NCBI GenBank assembly: GCA_052426225.1
Contig: JBNJNM010000011.1
Coordinates: 5,084,001-5,148,000 of the forward strand
DNA length: 64,000 bases
Direction of reading: 5' to 3'
Origin: Zancudomyces culisetae HAW-14-8
Lineage: Eukaryota; Fungi; Kickxellomycota
Positions 43,489 to 56,481 of the stretch are shown one piece after another (the first letter of the stretch is position 1; every line of letters starts with the position of its first letter). The translations under genes and the position numbers were made by a program. The notes under the pieces were generated by a model, which ran no database searches, was not told the DNA's origin, and was given only the letters and a program-made list of their open reading frames with translations.

Positions 43489-45927
43489 TTTTAGCTATTG
43501 TGCATATATTGGTTTTTGCTTTCTATAAATATCCTTTTTATATATTTAATAGTAGATTTGAATTATACTTTGATTAGTTTAGAAGCAAGGTTATATTTCT
43601 AGGTATAAATACTTAAAAGATTTACCATAATATTTTTATACACTATCTTGACCATAACAAATAAACTACTGGTGTGTTTGTGAGAACAAATGTAAATTGT
43701 GAATATATAAGCACAAGCATTTTTCTTATAAGTGATTATGCTACAAATTAACATATTTACACACATAAAAAACACATTTAGATAAAACTAAGCTGGGATT
43801 CATCTTTGGCAGGAGCTATACCCATATGTCAAATGGCTCGGATTTTCAGTGTATAATCTTATGCTAAGAGCTTGTGGTATAAAATTAAGATTCTTGTGTC
43901 CACCACTTAAGGTATATGTGACCTACCTTTATTAATAGGGTTGGGAATTATTATCATATTGCGGCTGTGGATCTTTATAAAAAAGAGTATCTAATTAACA
44001 CGGTATGCGCCGACTAATATAAAAACATTAAATTCATACAACTGTACTTGGTTCCTACAAAAAAAAAAGACATTTAATCATTTATTTTACAAATGTCATC
44101 TTTAAAGTACAAAAAAATGGAGGTAGCTTAGATGTAGCCATGTCAGATTAATTTTTTTCTGCTGTCACTTGAACTACACATTTAATACTATTATAAAGGT
44201 AAAGGTAGGAGTAGTGGTGTTTTCTTTAGCATTTTCGAGATTGTTATTATTTTCAGTAATCTGCAAATTAATATTGTTGTCACGTTTCACAGAAATTGGT
44301 TTATATGGTCTTTTTTTTATAGTCATTGATAAAGAAATATGGTTGATGCTCTCAATGTCGTTTGTAGAACTTCTCACCAAAACTACTCTTTAGTTCCTAT
44401 GTGTAACTTTTATTTTTGTAACAAGATTCGAATGATAATGCAATAAGTATATCTAATACATCACGCTTTTTGCAAAATTCACAAACTAATTGTTACGCTT
44501 TCTCTCTTTACCTTATCTATAAACAAAAATCTATTCTATACGTTTCTGGACTATGAAATACGTTTGTGAACTTAAACGAACCAGCTTTAGATGTCATTGT
44601 TATTATTATTGTTTAACTGATGATCTATCCATGCTTCATCACGTTCTACGTGTCAGCGAACATATTCAACAACAAAAGGCTCAGTAGGTTCAAGATGTAA
44701 AAAAAGCTATTTAACAGAAAAAAAACCAAAACATTTGGTATCATTGTTTTATACCATTGGCGCCTTTAGCGCGCTGCTTTAATACCAGTAAATGCACAAA
44801 AAAATGCTATACATTTGCTCTGGGAATTGTCTTCAATTCACTTGGAAATCACGTAAAAAAATTAAATTCTGTTTTTGTCGTTCATGCTTTCCTATATTCG
44901 GCTCATATATTAAGCTAATAGCTTATTCGTGGTAGACAAAGCTTTATAGGTGATGTTTTATGAACTAAAGACGGATTAATGTGAGTTGGTGAGATTTTAT
45001 TCATCACCCGCGACCCCTCCCCTCCCTAAAAAAACCAATAAGGATTAAATCGAAATCAATAGTCTATTACAGCATCTCCAAGAGTTAAGATGTATCGTAT
45101 ATAAAATAACTGTTTTTGTCGTGATTATTGCCATAGTGGCAGTAAAAAATATTATTTTAAGTACACCGCTTAATAAGGTAAGCAAGCGCAAAGCTAGTTG
45201 ACAATGGTTGAAGTAAAGTTTAATTAATGTAGAGAAGGTAGAACGCAAAACTATAAAAAGACCAACAAGATCATAGATGGCGTTATGTACATGCATTTAA
45301 AAGGCTTATACAATTTCATACCAGAAGTTAGAATGGGTAATTACATAGGATCGGTTATTTTGATAGTATGATGCTTTAAATATTCGTTGCTTCTAATGAT
45401 AGTTAAACAAATAAATGAGAATGATTTAGTTTCAGAAAACTTGGGACTGTGTAATACTGAGATATTTACTAAATAAATGGTTAATTTTGATACATTTAAG
45501 AATCCATGGTTCAGCCTATATGCATATGTAGATAATAATACCCGGGTAATTAGGAACAAGCCCATATCAGTGATTTTACAATTTTAGGTGTACCATATAA
45601 TACAAATAACAGAATTTTATGTTTTATAAAAACGGGGACAAAAATTAAGGGATCCTCGATGTTCAAATCAAAATTATTTTAGAAATCGAGTTATTTTTTT
45701 CTAATCAAATTGTTAGAAATAGCTGGAGTTTTTTGTAGATATTTTTAAAAAAGTTAAAAACTAGATACTATTCAAAGTAGCAAGAGGTATGATAATATTA
45801 ATAAGATTAAAACAAAAAGGTGGTGAGGTGAGCATGATTATTAACTTAAAAAATAATGTATTAACTCGATTCAAAAAAAACAAAAAATAATAAAAAAGTA
45901 AAAAAGTAAAAAAAATGCTAGTTTGAT

Positions 45928-45936
45928 TATATAATA
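45928..45936 (+). promoter_or_regulatory. TATATAATA, putative original TATA element of tRNA-Leu, displaced by B2
   Basis: Lies at -32 from tRNA-Leu in the reconstructed empty site; same 9-mer as 228-236. Confidence 0.6.
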
Positions 45937-45954
45937 ACAAACTTTTTTTTTAAT

Positions 45955-48900
45955 TGTCGTATAGTACAATAGTACTATGTTTTAGTTTAGTTTTGTTTAT
46001 TTTAGTATATTTTTTAGTTCAATTTTATAAAGTTATTTTAGATAGGTTTTATTGGCTAAAATTACGTAAAGGAAAAACAATGAAAATTGAATCCCTATAA
46101 TCGTAATTAGTTTTTATTTAAGGTTTGGTAGAGTTTTTGTGAGAGTTTTATCTATCAGATTTTTTGGTTCACATTAATAAATATTAGATTCTAATCACTC
46201 AATATATCAGTACAAGTTAATCTTTAAGTGGTATTAGTTATCAAGGATAATACTTACTTAGAGTTACAAATTATATTGTTTTTACATTAGGTATAAATAA
46301 AATTTCTTTATTATACGACAGTGGTGCCTTCTGTCGGAATCTACATCGATACTAATTGAATCATGGACAAAGTCACTACATTCGAAAGTGGGAAAGGAAT
46401 AAACGCCGAGGACTGGCTTGAGGACTTTCAACTAATTGCGAAGATTAACAAGTGGGACCCTGAGGATTGGGTCGGGTTAGTTAAGTTGTGGCTAGGCAAG
46501 TCTGAAACAATCTGGTATAAGAGGAACAAGAATAGTTTCACGTCGTGGGAAATATATACTAAGGAGTTCAAAAAGAAATATAGTACAGTGTTTTCTACTA
46601 GTGGAGCATGGACCAGACTTGGAACAATCAAACGAGCAGAGTTTGAAAGTCTGGAGGAGCTAGAAATGGAATTGGAAAAGTTATGGAAACAAGTAGGAAT
46701 CAAGGAAGAGGTGACTAAACTTGGTTCACTGGTTAGTACGTTCTCAGATGATATTAGGGAAAGACTTTCAGATAAGGAAGGTTTAGATAGAGAAGCGGTA
46801 CTTAAGTTAGTGGCTAAGTTGGAACAAAGTACAAATTGTAGGAGGGATATACAGGCAGCAATTAAGAGTAGTAAGCCAACTACTAAGAACGCTGCTACCC
46901 GGTCAGGCAAGTCGGTAAAAGAATTGACTACGGAAGCTGGGCAGTTTGGAGAGTTTCTCAAAACCTTTCAAGAGCTTAGTGTCAGCCTCTTGGAAAAGTT
47001 AGATCAAACGGTTGCTTCAACTAAAAAGTGGGGAAGTCAAGCAAAGGTGGAACGTGCAAGCACATGGGAGTGTTATTATTGTCATGAGAAAGGTCACCGG
47101 AAGTTTGAATGTCCACGGTTTCAAAAGGAGCACGAGGAAAAGAAAGTCAATTTTTTATCCATAGGTACTGAACCTACTGAAGTAGACGAAGTACTTATGG
47201 TAGAAAAAAGAAAAGCAACGGATGCGGCTGGTCGAGTTGGAAGACCAGCTAAGATTAGAAATACGGGAGACATGGACGCACAGGAGCTTCGGGCGGAGAG
47301 AGTCACCCAACCGGAGTCAGGAACGATTGATAGAGTGAAAAAGTTCAATTTGAGGGAAGAGTTGGAGAAAGTCTATCCAAAAATTAGCATGATTCAATTA
47401 CTTCAAAATTCGGAAAAAATTGCACAGGATTGGAAAAACATAGTTGAAGTTTCACCGCAGACCGCCCTAAACGAGATAAGAATCCAGGAAAAAGCTACTA
47501 CAAACTGTAGTATGACGGTTGAGATTTACCAGTTACAGTGGAAAGCGGTGGTAGACACAGGGGCGGCATGCTCTGTGATTACTACAGGTGCTTTGAACAA
47601 GATTGGTTTGGAGCCTAACATGAAGAGTTCGCACGTTATTATAACAGCGGACGGGAAACGTCATGAAACTCTAGGTGTGGTGTCAGGTGTACCAATTATG
47701 ATTAGTAAAATTGAGTTCGTAGCATCATTGGTGGTGTTGGGAAATATGTCACCAACAATAATATTAGGTATGGATTGGCTTTTAAAACATAAAGCCAGTC
47801 TAAATCTAGCAGTGCCAGAACTAAGATTACCTGTGGATAGAGCAGAAGTGGTAACACCACTAGTTACTACCAAAGAAGCACATACTGTAGAGGAAACCTG
47901 GGATTTATATTTTTTCACGGAATCACCAACAGGAATACAAGGTGATGGTGTAGCAGGTTTAGAGGCCTTGATCCAGGACTATAACGAATTATTTGTAGAT
48001 GATATCGACAAGTTAAAGCAAACAAATGTAGCCGAGCACAGGATAGTACTCACGGATAACAGGCCAATTAAGCAAAGACCGTACAGGATACCGTTTCGTC
48101 TACAAGAAGAAGTAGGAAAAGAAATAGATAGGATGTTAGAGCAAAATGTAATTGCACCTAGTAACTCCGAGTGGTGCTCGCCGGTGGTGGTTGTCCAGAA
48201 GAAAAACGGTAAACTGCGCATCTGCGCAGATTATAGGAAGTTAAACGCAGTTACAGTCAAAGATTCATACCCACTACCGATTATTCAGGATTTGTTTATG
48301 GCCTTGGCTGGTGCGTGCATCTTTACTACTTTAGATGCACTCAGCGGCTTTTGGCAAATAAAAATGTCAGAAGAAGACCGAGAAAAGACGTCATTCGCGT
48401 TGCCGGGAGGGGGGAGTTACCACTATAACGTCATGCCTTTCGGTTTGACAAATAGCCCTTCCACTTTCCAAAGAACAATGGAAACTGTGTTGAAAAAAGT
48501 TCTATGGAAGAAGGCAGTTGTTTTTGTTGACGACATAATCGTCTTTTCAAAAAGTGCAAGCAGTCATGTAGAAGATCTTAAGGAAGTTTTAGAATTATTA
48601 AAACAAGGCCAGATACAGTTGCATAAAGATAAATGCAATATAGGGTTAACAGAAATTGATTATTTGGGTCATGTTATTTCGGGTGAAGGTATTGCAACTA
48701 GTTCAACAAAAATTGAAGCCATTTCAAAGTTAAAGTCACCGACATGCATAAAAGAAGTTCAGTCATTTTTGGGGATGACAGGTTATTATCGTAAGTTTAT
48801 TGAAAAATATGCTATAATAGCTAACCCACTAACTGCGTTATTAAAGAAAGGAATAAAGTGGAACTGGGGAAAATCTCAAGAAGAAGCATTTTTAGAGTTG

Positions 48901-51035
48901 AAAAAAGCGATGACGGAAGCCCCAGTGCTTGCGCACCCAAATTGGGATTATTCTTTTGTGGTTACGACGGACGCTGCAGTTAGTGGAGTTGGAGCAATAC
49001 TATCACAAGTTATTGAAGGAAAAGAAAGACCAGTGGAGTATGCAAGTAGAACAACCAGTAATGCAGAGAAAAATTATTCGATCAGTCACTTGGAGGGGTT
49101 GGCGGTTGTCTGGGCCGTTAAAAAGTTTAAGTTTTATTTATATGGTAGGAAGTTTGTAATAAAAACCGATCATAAAGCATTATTAAATATGTTTAACGGC
49201 GAAGAATTAAGTGGAAGGCTAGCTAGATGGGCTATGTTTCTTAGAAGTTACGAATTCGATATAGAGCATATACCAGGGAAGGTCAATCCTGCTGACCATT
49301 TATCTCGAAGTAGTCTGATAGAAACAACTGAGGAAGAATCAATTGAAGTCTACAACATTTGGGTAAACGAAGAAAATTTAGTTAGGCAATTTTTATTAGA
49401 TGGAACACTGCCACAAGACGTTTCAGAAGAGTTAGCTGAAAAAATAAAGAAAAAATCTAAGTCATACAAGCAGGTGGATGGCAAAATATACAGGTGGGTT
49501 AAGGGACAATTAAAAGAAGTTTTGACGGCTGAAGAGAGTATAGATATGATCAAGAAGGTTCACGACGATACACACGAGGGTATCGAAAACACTTGGGTAA
49601 GAGTAAGCAGAAATCATTATGCTAAAGGATTGTACAAGCAGGTAGTGGACTATGTTAAGCGGTGTCATGTTTGTCAAGTTTTCAAGGATGGAAGAAGTCG
49701 TAAACACCCGTTGGTACCAGTGCATGCAGTCAAGCCGTTCGAAATATTCGGTATGGACGCTATCGGTCCTATCAATCCTATTTCAGAGTCAGGAAATCGT
49801 TATATTCTAACAGCTATAGATTATTGCACGAAATGGCCGATAGCCATTCCCGTAGACAACTTGTTAAGTGAAACTATAGTAGACTTTATAATAAACAATA
49901 TCGTTACTTACTACGGTGTACCACAGAAGATAATAACAGATAGGGGTTCGAGCTTTGTCAGCAACGTTACTACCGAGGTATTCAACTGGTTACAGCTGGA
50001 CCACAGTCCTACCACTTCATACCGTCCGCAGAGCAACGGACAGTGTGAAAGATTGAACAAGACGTTAGTAAATTTGTTACAGAAGATATGTAGGAAAGAC
50101 AAAAATAATTGGGATCGTTACCTGTGGAAGGTGTTACTCATCATGAGAACTATGGAGAGCAAGAGTACTGGTTATACACCCGCCGAGATGATGTACGGAA
50201 CCGAAATGTGCATTCCCTCGACTTGGAAATCTAATGGTGTAATTGAAGATGAAGTTGAACAAGTTAAAAGTAGATTGGAGCTAATGAAGAGTAACTTACC
50301 GCAAATAAGAAAAATCGGGGTTCGCAAAGCTGTAGCAGCAAAAGAATCTGAAAAAGTAAGATATAATAAAACCGTTAAATTTACAAAATTTCAAGTTGGA
50401 GAAAAAGTGTTAAAGTTAGTAGAGTATGAAAGAGGAAAGCTTGAAAGTTTATGGGAAGGCCCATATACAGTTATGAAAAGGTTTACTAAGGGGGCTTACT
50501 TAATCTCAGATCAGTTCGGAAATAGAGATTTAGTCAACGGAGACTTGCTAAAGAAGTACCATGAATCTAAATTTATGATTCCCGAAATTTCAAATCGACT
50601 TCGACCTAAGTTACTTACCTTTAAACAGGCTCAAAATAATGAGGGCATTATCGCCTAAAGGGGGAGTGCTGTCGTATAGTACAATAGTACTATGTTTTAG
50701 TTTAGTTTTGTTTATTTTAGTATATTTTTTAGTTCAATTTTATAAAGTTATTTTAGATAGGTTTTATTGGCTAAAATTACGTAAAGGAAAAACAATGAAA
50801 ATTGAATCCCTATAATCGTAATTAGTTTTTATTTAAGGTTTGGTAGAGTTTTTGTGAGAGTTTTATCTATCAGATTTTTTGGTTCACATTAATAAATATT
50901 AGATTCTAATCACTCAATATATCAGTACAAGTTAATCTTTAAGTGGTATTAGTTATCAAGGATAATACTTACTTAGAGTTACAAATTATATTGTTTTTAC
51001 ATTAGGTATAAATAAAATTTCTTTATTATACGACA
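45955..51035 (+). mobile_element. Ty3/Gypsy LTR retrotransposon, family B, copy 2 (B2), intact and potentially active
   Basis: 366-bp LTRs at 45955-46320 and 50670-51035, identical by eye. PBS 46322-46339, PPT, 4-bp TSD TAAT (45951-45954, 51036-51039), uninterrupted ORF. Confidence 0.98.
46363..50658 (+). CDS. gag-pol: Single-ORF Gag-Pol polyprotein (1431 aa)
   Basis: CYYCHEKGHRKFEC knuckle, VVDTGA protease, FVDD RT, RNase H, HHCC and DDE integrase, WEGPY motif; no chromodomain or env. Confidence 0.96.
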   Translation: MDKVTTFESGKGINAEDWLEDFQLIAKINKWDPEDWVGLVKLWLGKSETIWYKRNKNSFTSWEIYTKEFKKKYSTVFSTSGAWTRLGTIKRAEFESLEELEMELEKLWKQVGIKEEVTKLGSLVSTFSDDIRERLSDKEGLDREAVLKLVAKLEQSTNCRRDIQAAIKSSKPTTKNAATRSGKSVKELTTEAGQFGEFLKTFQELSVSLLEKLDQTVASTKKWGSQAKVERASTWECYYCHEKGHRKFECPRFQKEHEEKKVNFLSIGTEPTEVDEVLMVEKRKATDAAGRVGRPAKIRNTGDMDAQELRAERVTQPESGTIDRVKKFNLREELEKVYPKISMIQLLQNSEKIAQDWKNIVEVSPQTALNEIRIQEKATTNCSMTVEIYQLQWKAVVDTGAACSVITTGALNKIGLEPNMKSSHVIITADGKRHETLGVVSGVPIMISKIEFVASLVVLGNMSPTIILGMDWLLKHKASLNLAVPELRLPVDRAEVVTPLVTTKEAHTVEETWDLYFFTESPTGIQGDGVAGLEALIQDYNELFVDDIDKLKQTNVAEHRIVLTDNRPIKQRPYRIPFRLQEEVGKEIDRMLEQNVIAPSNSEWCSPVVVVQKKNGKLRICADYRKLNAVTVKDSYPLPIIQDLFMALAGACIFTTLDALSGFWQIKMSEEDREKTSFALPGGGSYHYNVMPFGLTNSPSTFQRTMETVLKKVLWKKAVVFVDDIIVFSKSASSHVEDLKEVLELLKQGQIQLHKDKCNIGLTEIDYLGHVISGEGIATSSTKIEAISKLKSPTCIKEVQSFLGMTGYYRKFIEKYAIIANPLTALLKKGIKWNWGKSQEEAFLELKKAMTEAPVLAHPNWDYSFVVTTDAAVSGVGAILSQVIEGKERPVEYASRTTSNAEKNYSISHLEGLAVVWAVKKFKFYLYGRKFVIKTDHKALLNMFNGEELSGRLARWAMFLRSYEFDIEHIPGKVNPADHLSRSSLIETTEEESIEVYNIWVNEENLVRQFLLDGTLPQDVSEELAEKIKKKSKSYKQVDGKIYRWVKGQLKEVLTAEESIDMIKKVHDDTHEGIENTWVRVSRNHYAKGLYKQVVDYVKRCHVCQVFKDGRSRKHPLVPVHAVKPFEIFGMDAIGPINPISESGNRYILTAIDYCTKWPIAIPVDNLLSETIVDFIINNIVTYYGVPQKIITDRGSSFVSNVTTEVFNWLQLDHSPTTSYRPQSNGQCERLNKTLVNLLQKICRKDKNNWDRYLWKVLLIMRTMESKSTGYTPAEMMYGTEMCIPSTWKSNGVIEDEVEQVKSRLELMKSNLPQIRKIGVRKAVAAKESEKVRYNKTVKFTKFQVGEKVLKLVEYERGKLESLWEGPYTVMKRFTKGAYLISDQFGNRDLVNGDLLKKYHESKFMIPEISNRLRPKLLTFKQAQNNEGIIA

Positions 51036-51044
51036 TAATAAATT

Positions 51045-51126
51045 GGTGAGATGGCCGAGTGGTCCAAGGCGCCACGTTCAGGTCGTGGTCTCGAAAGAGG
51101 CGTGGGTTCGAACCCCACTCTCATCA
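51045..51126 (+). tRNA. tRNA-Leu(CAG)
   Basis: Acceptor stem GGTGAGA/TCTCATC, anticodon arm CCACG-TTCAGGT-CGTGG, long variable arm CTC-GAAA-GAG, T-arm GTGGG-TTCGAAC-CCCAC, A discriminator, followed by TCACTTTT. Confidence 0.97.
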
Positions 51127-51168
51127 TCACTTTTACTGCTTTAAAGCGCTCATGATGGTAGCGCAGTT

Positions 51169-51493
51169 TTTTTGCTAGCGAATCAAGTGCTTCTCAAAAC
51201 GGCGCGCAATTGCTAGCTAGATCATGGTTGTCAATAATAAGAAGTCGGGAAAACGTTAGAATGCCAGTGAGATCTAAGGAACTGTAGATATCGAAGAGTG
51301 GCTGGAGCATCCTTTACATAAAAATATACTTTTTATAGTATGGATTATTATTAGTATAACAATATATGAATATGAGGTAGACTAAATTTAACAACGAGCA
51401 AAACTATCCAAATGAGTCACAATTTGAGTATAGCTGATTATACAAGCTATACTCGAATTCAGTCATCATGTTAGCTTAAAAATATGTCAGGTT
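51169..51493. other. Conserved tRNA-downstream element, copy 2 (unknown nature)
   Basis: Collinear motifs shared with 12341-12716; 15-bp stem 51421-51435/51445-51459 with one G:T pair. Confidence 0.6.
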
Positions 51494-51782
51494 GGAAAAT
51501 ATAAAAGTCACAGAATATGATACATGCAATAAAATAAACCGGTAATCATGCAGCGATTCCAATTGTTAGCACAGCCCATTGATGTGTATTTGTTTCACTG
51601 AAGATAGAACCAAGAGGCTTTATTTTTTATTTTATACCTTTTATCTTGTATTTTCATATTGGTCTATAAAGTACATCTAGAGATTTTAATTTGAATTGAC
51701 TACCAAATATCCACAAGAGGGCGAATGCGGAAGCCCAGAAATGTTCCAAGTTTCCTGAGGTTTTGATAACCTCGCAAGGAGT

Positions 51783-53716
51783 TCAAGATGATGATGCTAT
51801 ATTTATTCATTATACCAGGGTCATTAATATATTTAGCGTTTGTATGTATATGAACGTATCTTTGACAAGTTGCTTACTGTAATAGTAGTATTGTCTCCAT
51901 AGTGGTATATAGTCATCCAAGAGCGAGCCAAACAGGCTAAATAGTGGCTTATCGGAAGCCCATCTGGCAAATGTTTCTAGCGAAGTTCTATTTATAATAT
52001 TATTGCAGAATAATTCCACGTATAAAACTGTGGTAAATTACTTGAAGGTAAAGTGAAGAGGCTTACAATAGGTACTTGTCAAAGAATGGCGAGCGTACAA
52101 GATAATAATAGTACAAATTTGCCCTTCTAATAAGCTCTTCGTTTTCCAGACTCTTTTTGTAGAATGACCTGTTTGAGTGCTTAAACTTAGGTACAAGATG
52201 TGCATTTGTCAGCATTCTATTTTTACTAAGTGACCCATCCAACTTGATTAAACGTTGACTCGTAAATTCTATACATAGAGATGTGAGCCAGGGATACCAA
52301 CTTTCCTTCGTGGAGCGTTTAACCATAGATATGTATGCCAGTGGTCTTAGAATATAGAGAATTTCTCCAAGTTTACCAAAACCCTGAAGTGGGTTAAAAA
52401 ATAATGGAAGAGACGACCTTGGGTTAAATGTTTTGGTTTTAGCCAGCGTTCCCGTTGAACCCAAGACTTTTTTCGAGTTTAATAGCTCTGTCAAGTCAGT
52501 CTGATTAAAATAAGAGGTAATTCCAACAGTTGAATTTTCATGTTCCGAATCTAAATTAAATCCCAGCCTATTCATATGAAAATTGCAGAATTCGGGAGTA
52601 TATGGTGTGGAATTTGGAACTCCGATTTTTATAGGTTGGATAATCCTAGTAGGCGAAACAGTATGAGGAACAATTCTACTCCCTGATAATGCAAATAGGG
52701 CAAGACGACAAGCTGCTCTAATAATAGTTGGAGAAATGTCTTAGCTGAAGATTAGGTCAGTTGTATTTAGTAGGCAAGATATGATGAATCAGAATTGTCT
52801 TAAAAATACATACTTTACGCTTTCCACAGCAGAGATTACTTTCCATTTTGTATCTACACCATATCTCCTTTCAACTAGCATTTCAACCATTAGCTCAGAT
52901 ATCTGGGTGCTAGTTAGTATTGATGCAATGACTGCATATGTACCTTTTCGGTCTGCAAAAAACTCATAAAATTCTGTAACTTCACTCGGTTCCACTCTAT
53001 ATGACTTCCCATCTTTCCCATATAGCCTATTGTGTTTTGCTGCATTGAGAAGAAGACCGTCATGATACAGTTCCAATAATCTTAGTATACAGTTGCCTAT
53101 TTAAAGAAATACACAACAAAAAGCCACAATATGGTTTGGTCTGGTTTTATATTTTTCTTAGATATACTGGATATTTGTACTAAGTAATTGGGGTTGAGGT
53201 TTGATACATAATAAGAACATTTAATTATGATTGCATTCTCGGCTGTGGGCAAAAAAAATGTACTGGCAATTGAGAATCTCCTGGTTATTGTTTGAACCAT
53301 AAAAATGAAATCAACTTGAAAGAATGTCGCTTACAGAATTCTGATACTAGTTCTGACTCTGCAAATCTCCCTATATTTCAGCCCAAATGTTAGTACCAAT
53401 AGTTCTCGTGTTTTAAACACCTACAGTCGTTTTTCTCCCTCATAGCCTCAACTTTTGTTGTGCTTTTTGGTTTTATACTTATTTTTTCACCATAAAAATG
53501 GTACTACTCGGCATAAGATCAGATTTATAAAATAAATACATAATCCAAAGGTAAAAATTCACTAGTAAATCTATCTATAGTATTTTTGCATAAAAATTTC
53601 AAAGCTGCAAGCTAAGATTTACCTGGTAAGACTTGAGCAAGTACATCGAGTGTGTTTTCAATCGTGTATATACGTCGAAAATCATTTGATACAAATCTTC
53701 GATAAGGTGAAAACAT
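51783..53716 (-). CDS. PEX16: Peroxisomal biogenesis factor Pex16, multi-exon
   Basis: MFSPYRRFV..IENTL..VLPG|RFAESELVSE, LLELYHD, ELMVEM..KWKVI..VE, GEILYILRPL, YYYLVRSPFF, LLDDYIPLW. Confidence 0.85.
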
Positions 53717-54281
53717 TACTGCATCGATAATATTCAATCCTACTATATCCTGTGTCCTTAGATTCTCTTGTTAACCTTATCACCTGTTTTAAATGGTTGA
53801 TAATACTCTTTTAAAGCCAAAAATACAGTAATTGGAGTTTTTCAATCTTAATTGAATCTCGACCACTAGATGGGAGAATTAATCGATAGTTCATCACTTT
53901 CCACCAATCCACTACCAATTTTGCTGATTTGTTTAGCAGTAATAAAAAAATGCTTGCTTGTAATAAAATCCGGTGCAAAACCCGACATTTCAAATAGTTT
54001 CAAGCCCATGTGTTGTAAACAGGTTTTTATTGGATCTTGGATAGCAGAATTCATTTCTCACAGGTTATCGCGCTTCATTTGGGCAATTATCCAGAAATTA
54101 TTACATAGAAACATCTTTCCCCACTCACGTATTTTTTTGTTGTTGACATCGTTATATTTGCAAGTTTTAGATGAACAAACATCAGAGTAGTCTACACCAT
54201 ATTTTTATATATTTGCATGAAAAAAAAGGCTATACACAACACGAGCCAGATAAGTTTTAAGAAATTGTAATAAACCAAAAA

Positions 54282-55868
54282 TCATAGCTGAGAGTCTACT
54301 ATACTCTTTACTGCCTCATTGAAGCGTTGGGGATTATCAAGATGCATATTGTGTCCTGCATCTGGTATAATTACGAAACCAGTAGGTGCCTTAATCTTTT
54401 TTGAAACATCTATGCCAGATTTTATATCCATCCAGTCATGCTCGCCGTACATAAAAGTCGTGGGAACCTCAAGCTTATCGATTCTATCAATTAGAGGCTT
54501 CCGAGCATAAGTTCCCGGATTAAGCAATACGCAAATAGAATACTCGGAACTTCCAGGTAAGATAGATATGCTATGCATATATTTGGATAGGTCTATCCGC
54601 TCTTGCTCGTTTAGATTTCTAAACGCACTGACGTACCGGTACAGCAATTTTTCACCGAGAAATCCCAACTTGCGTATCAAAGATTGCACGGAATAATGTC
54701 TTTCCCATGTTCTGACCATAAACGGTAGCAATATCGTATGTTTGTTTGCAAAAGATGAAATCCTATAGTATTTCGCGCGCTGGTACTCGTCCATATCATC
54801 ATAAAAGCTTGGTTTTTTAAAGGTTTTACCAAGTTCTGTTTTTAAAAAAGTTCCTTTTACAAAGCTCTCCTCATCGACGGTAACCTTTGGTAGCTTTTTG
54901 GTTTTAACATATTCTTCAATGTACGGGGGGGATTTTGGTATCCCAACTATTGGTTTTCAACACAATAATTGCATATAGTTGTGTTATCTTTATAGACTAG
55001 TTTTCAAATACATAAATTATAACTATATGACAGAAAAATAATAAGCTGTGCCATTCACTTACCAGGGGATTCAAGAATTAATTTTTCTACCCTTTCCGGA
55101 TACCTGAGAGCATACAGAGAGGACATATATCCTCCAAAGCTGTGACCCAGCAAAACAAATTTCTCAATTTTCATTTTGATCCTCCATTTCTCCAACATCG
55201 TTACAAAATAATCCTCAATCTATAACAAACCAGTCAGAACCGTCCTATTACTATTTTTGTTATTTTTTTTAAATAAGAAAAACAATTTAATAAAATAAAT
55301 ATACCTTATCTACTGATTCTTCATATGGTAGTTTGTGAAGGTTGAACGCGGGTCTTGAACTGCGCCCCATTCCAAGCCAATCGATCGCATATATATTCGT
55401 ATTTTCAAGTTTACTTAGTCCTTCGTAATTTTTAAAGTAGAAACCAATGCCATTCCCATAACCGTGAGCAATTACAAGATGCTTTGCATTAGTTGACTCA
55501 GCTATGTCTGTGCCCTTGAACTCTAGAGGTGAGCCATAAACATTTTCTATGCTTAGAGTATTTATATAGTTCCCGTCGTCTATTTCGACGAACTTTACTT
55601 CAAACTTCTTGTCCGAAACCTTCTCGATGCCATGCTTTGGTTCGAATGTGTTGAGATTGTCATTTTCAATGCCACCACTATTTATTTCGTCCTCGAATCC
55701 GGTATAGAGCTTGAATTCAAAAGGTAGATTGGTATGAAGAAGAATATTTTTTTCTGCTTTAAAAGCTTTTAATTCCTTGGCAGTAAATTTGATGTCTGGG
55801 GCAATACTTTTCTGCGTGAATGTATTAAACCTTGTAAATACCGATAACAGCCTGTTAATCGTTGACAT
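54282..55868 (-). CDS. ABHD4/ABHD5/Cld1-like alpha/beta-hydrolase (lipase/acyltransferase), 3 exons
   Basis: [55 protein letters not shown]. Confidence 0.88.
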
Positions 55869-56481
55869 TATATTCTACTCTGACGTTCTGTTCTGAACCT
55901 GAGAACCTTTTTTTTAAATAGTGATTGAATTCTAATTTTTATTATTTTTATTATTTTTGCTTGTACATTCTTTGTTTCTAAGCTTGGTTTATATCACTTT
56001 AAATTGATCAAACAGACTCTAAATTTTTTAATTTGAATTCTCTTGGCAGGAGTTGAAATGAACAACAACAGGAGGTGCCTGTTTTGTATTTGTGAATTTT
56101 TACAAGCATGCATATTTAATCATGCCAATACAAGAGCATTCTCACTAAAAAGGTAATAAATATTCTCATCAAAAAGTTAAAACCGTTTTAACAAGAAATA
56201 CTAAAATAATATGGATTATAGCACTAAACAAGGTAGATGGCTATAAATATAGCTTTAATTACAACTGCAGTTACAGTTACAGTTTTGGTTTCGGTTTCAG
56301 ATGCAGGTGCAGATACAAAAGTCGTCTACTACCCAACACTGAAGCCGCCGAAATATATCCAGGTTTATTGATAGATACGTTAGATGCTTTATGATAATTC
56401 GTTTTATATCTGCCTATTAATCATAGCAAGATTTTTACATTAGCTAATCCGACCTACTCCTCCCTCCCCTAAAGAATGAAA

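Noticed and set aside
51045-51126. tRNA(CAG) as a sign of CUG codon reassignment
   Set aside because: It has U33, G37 and an A discriminator typical of tRNA-Leu, with no Ser or Ala identity features.
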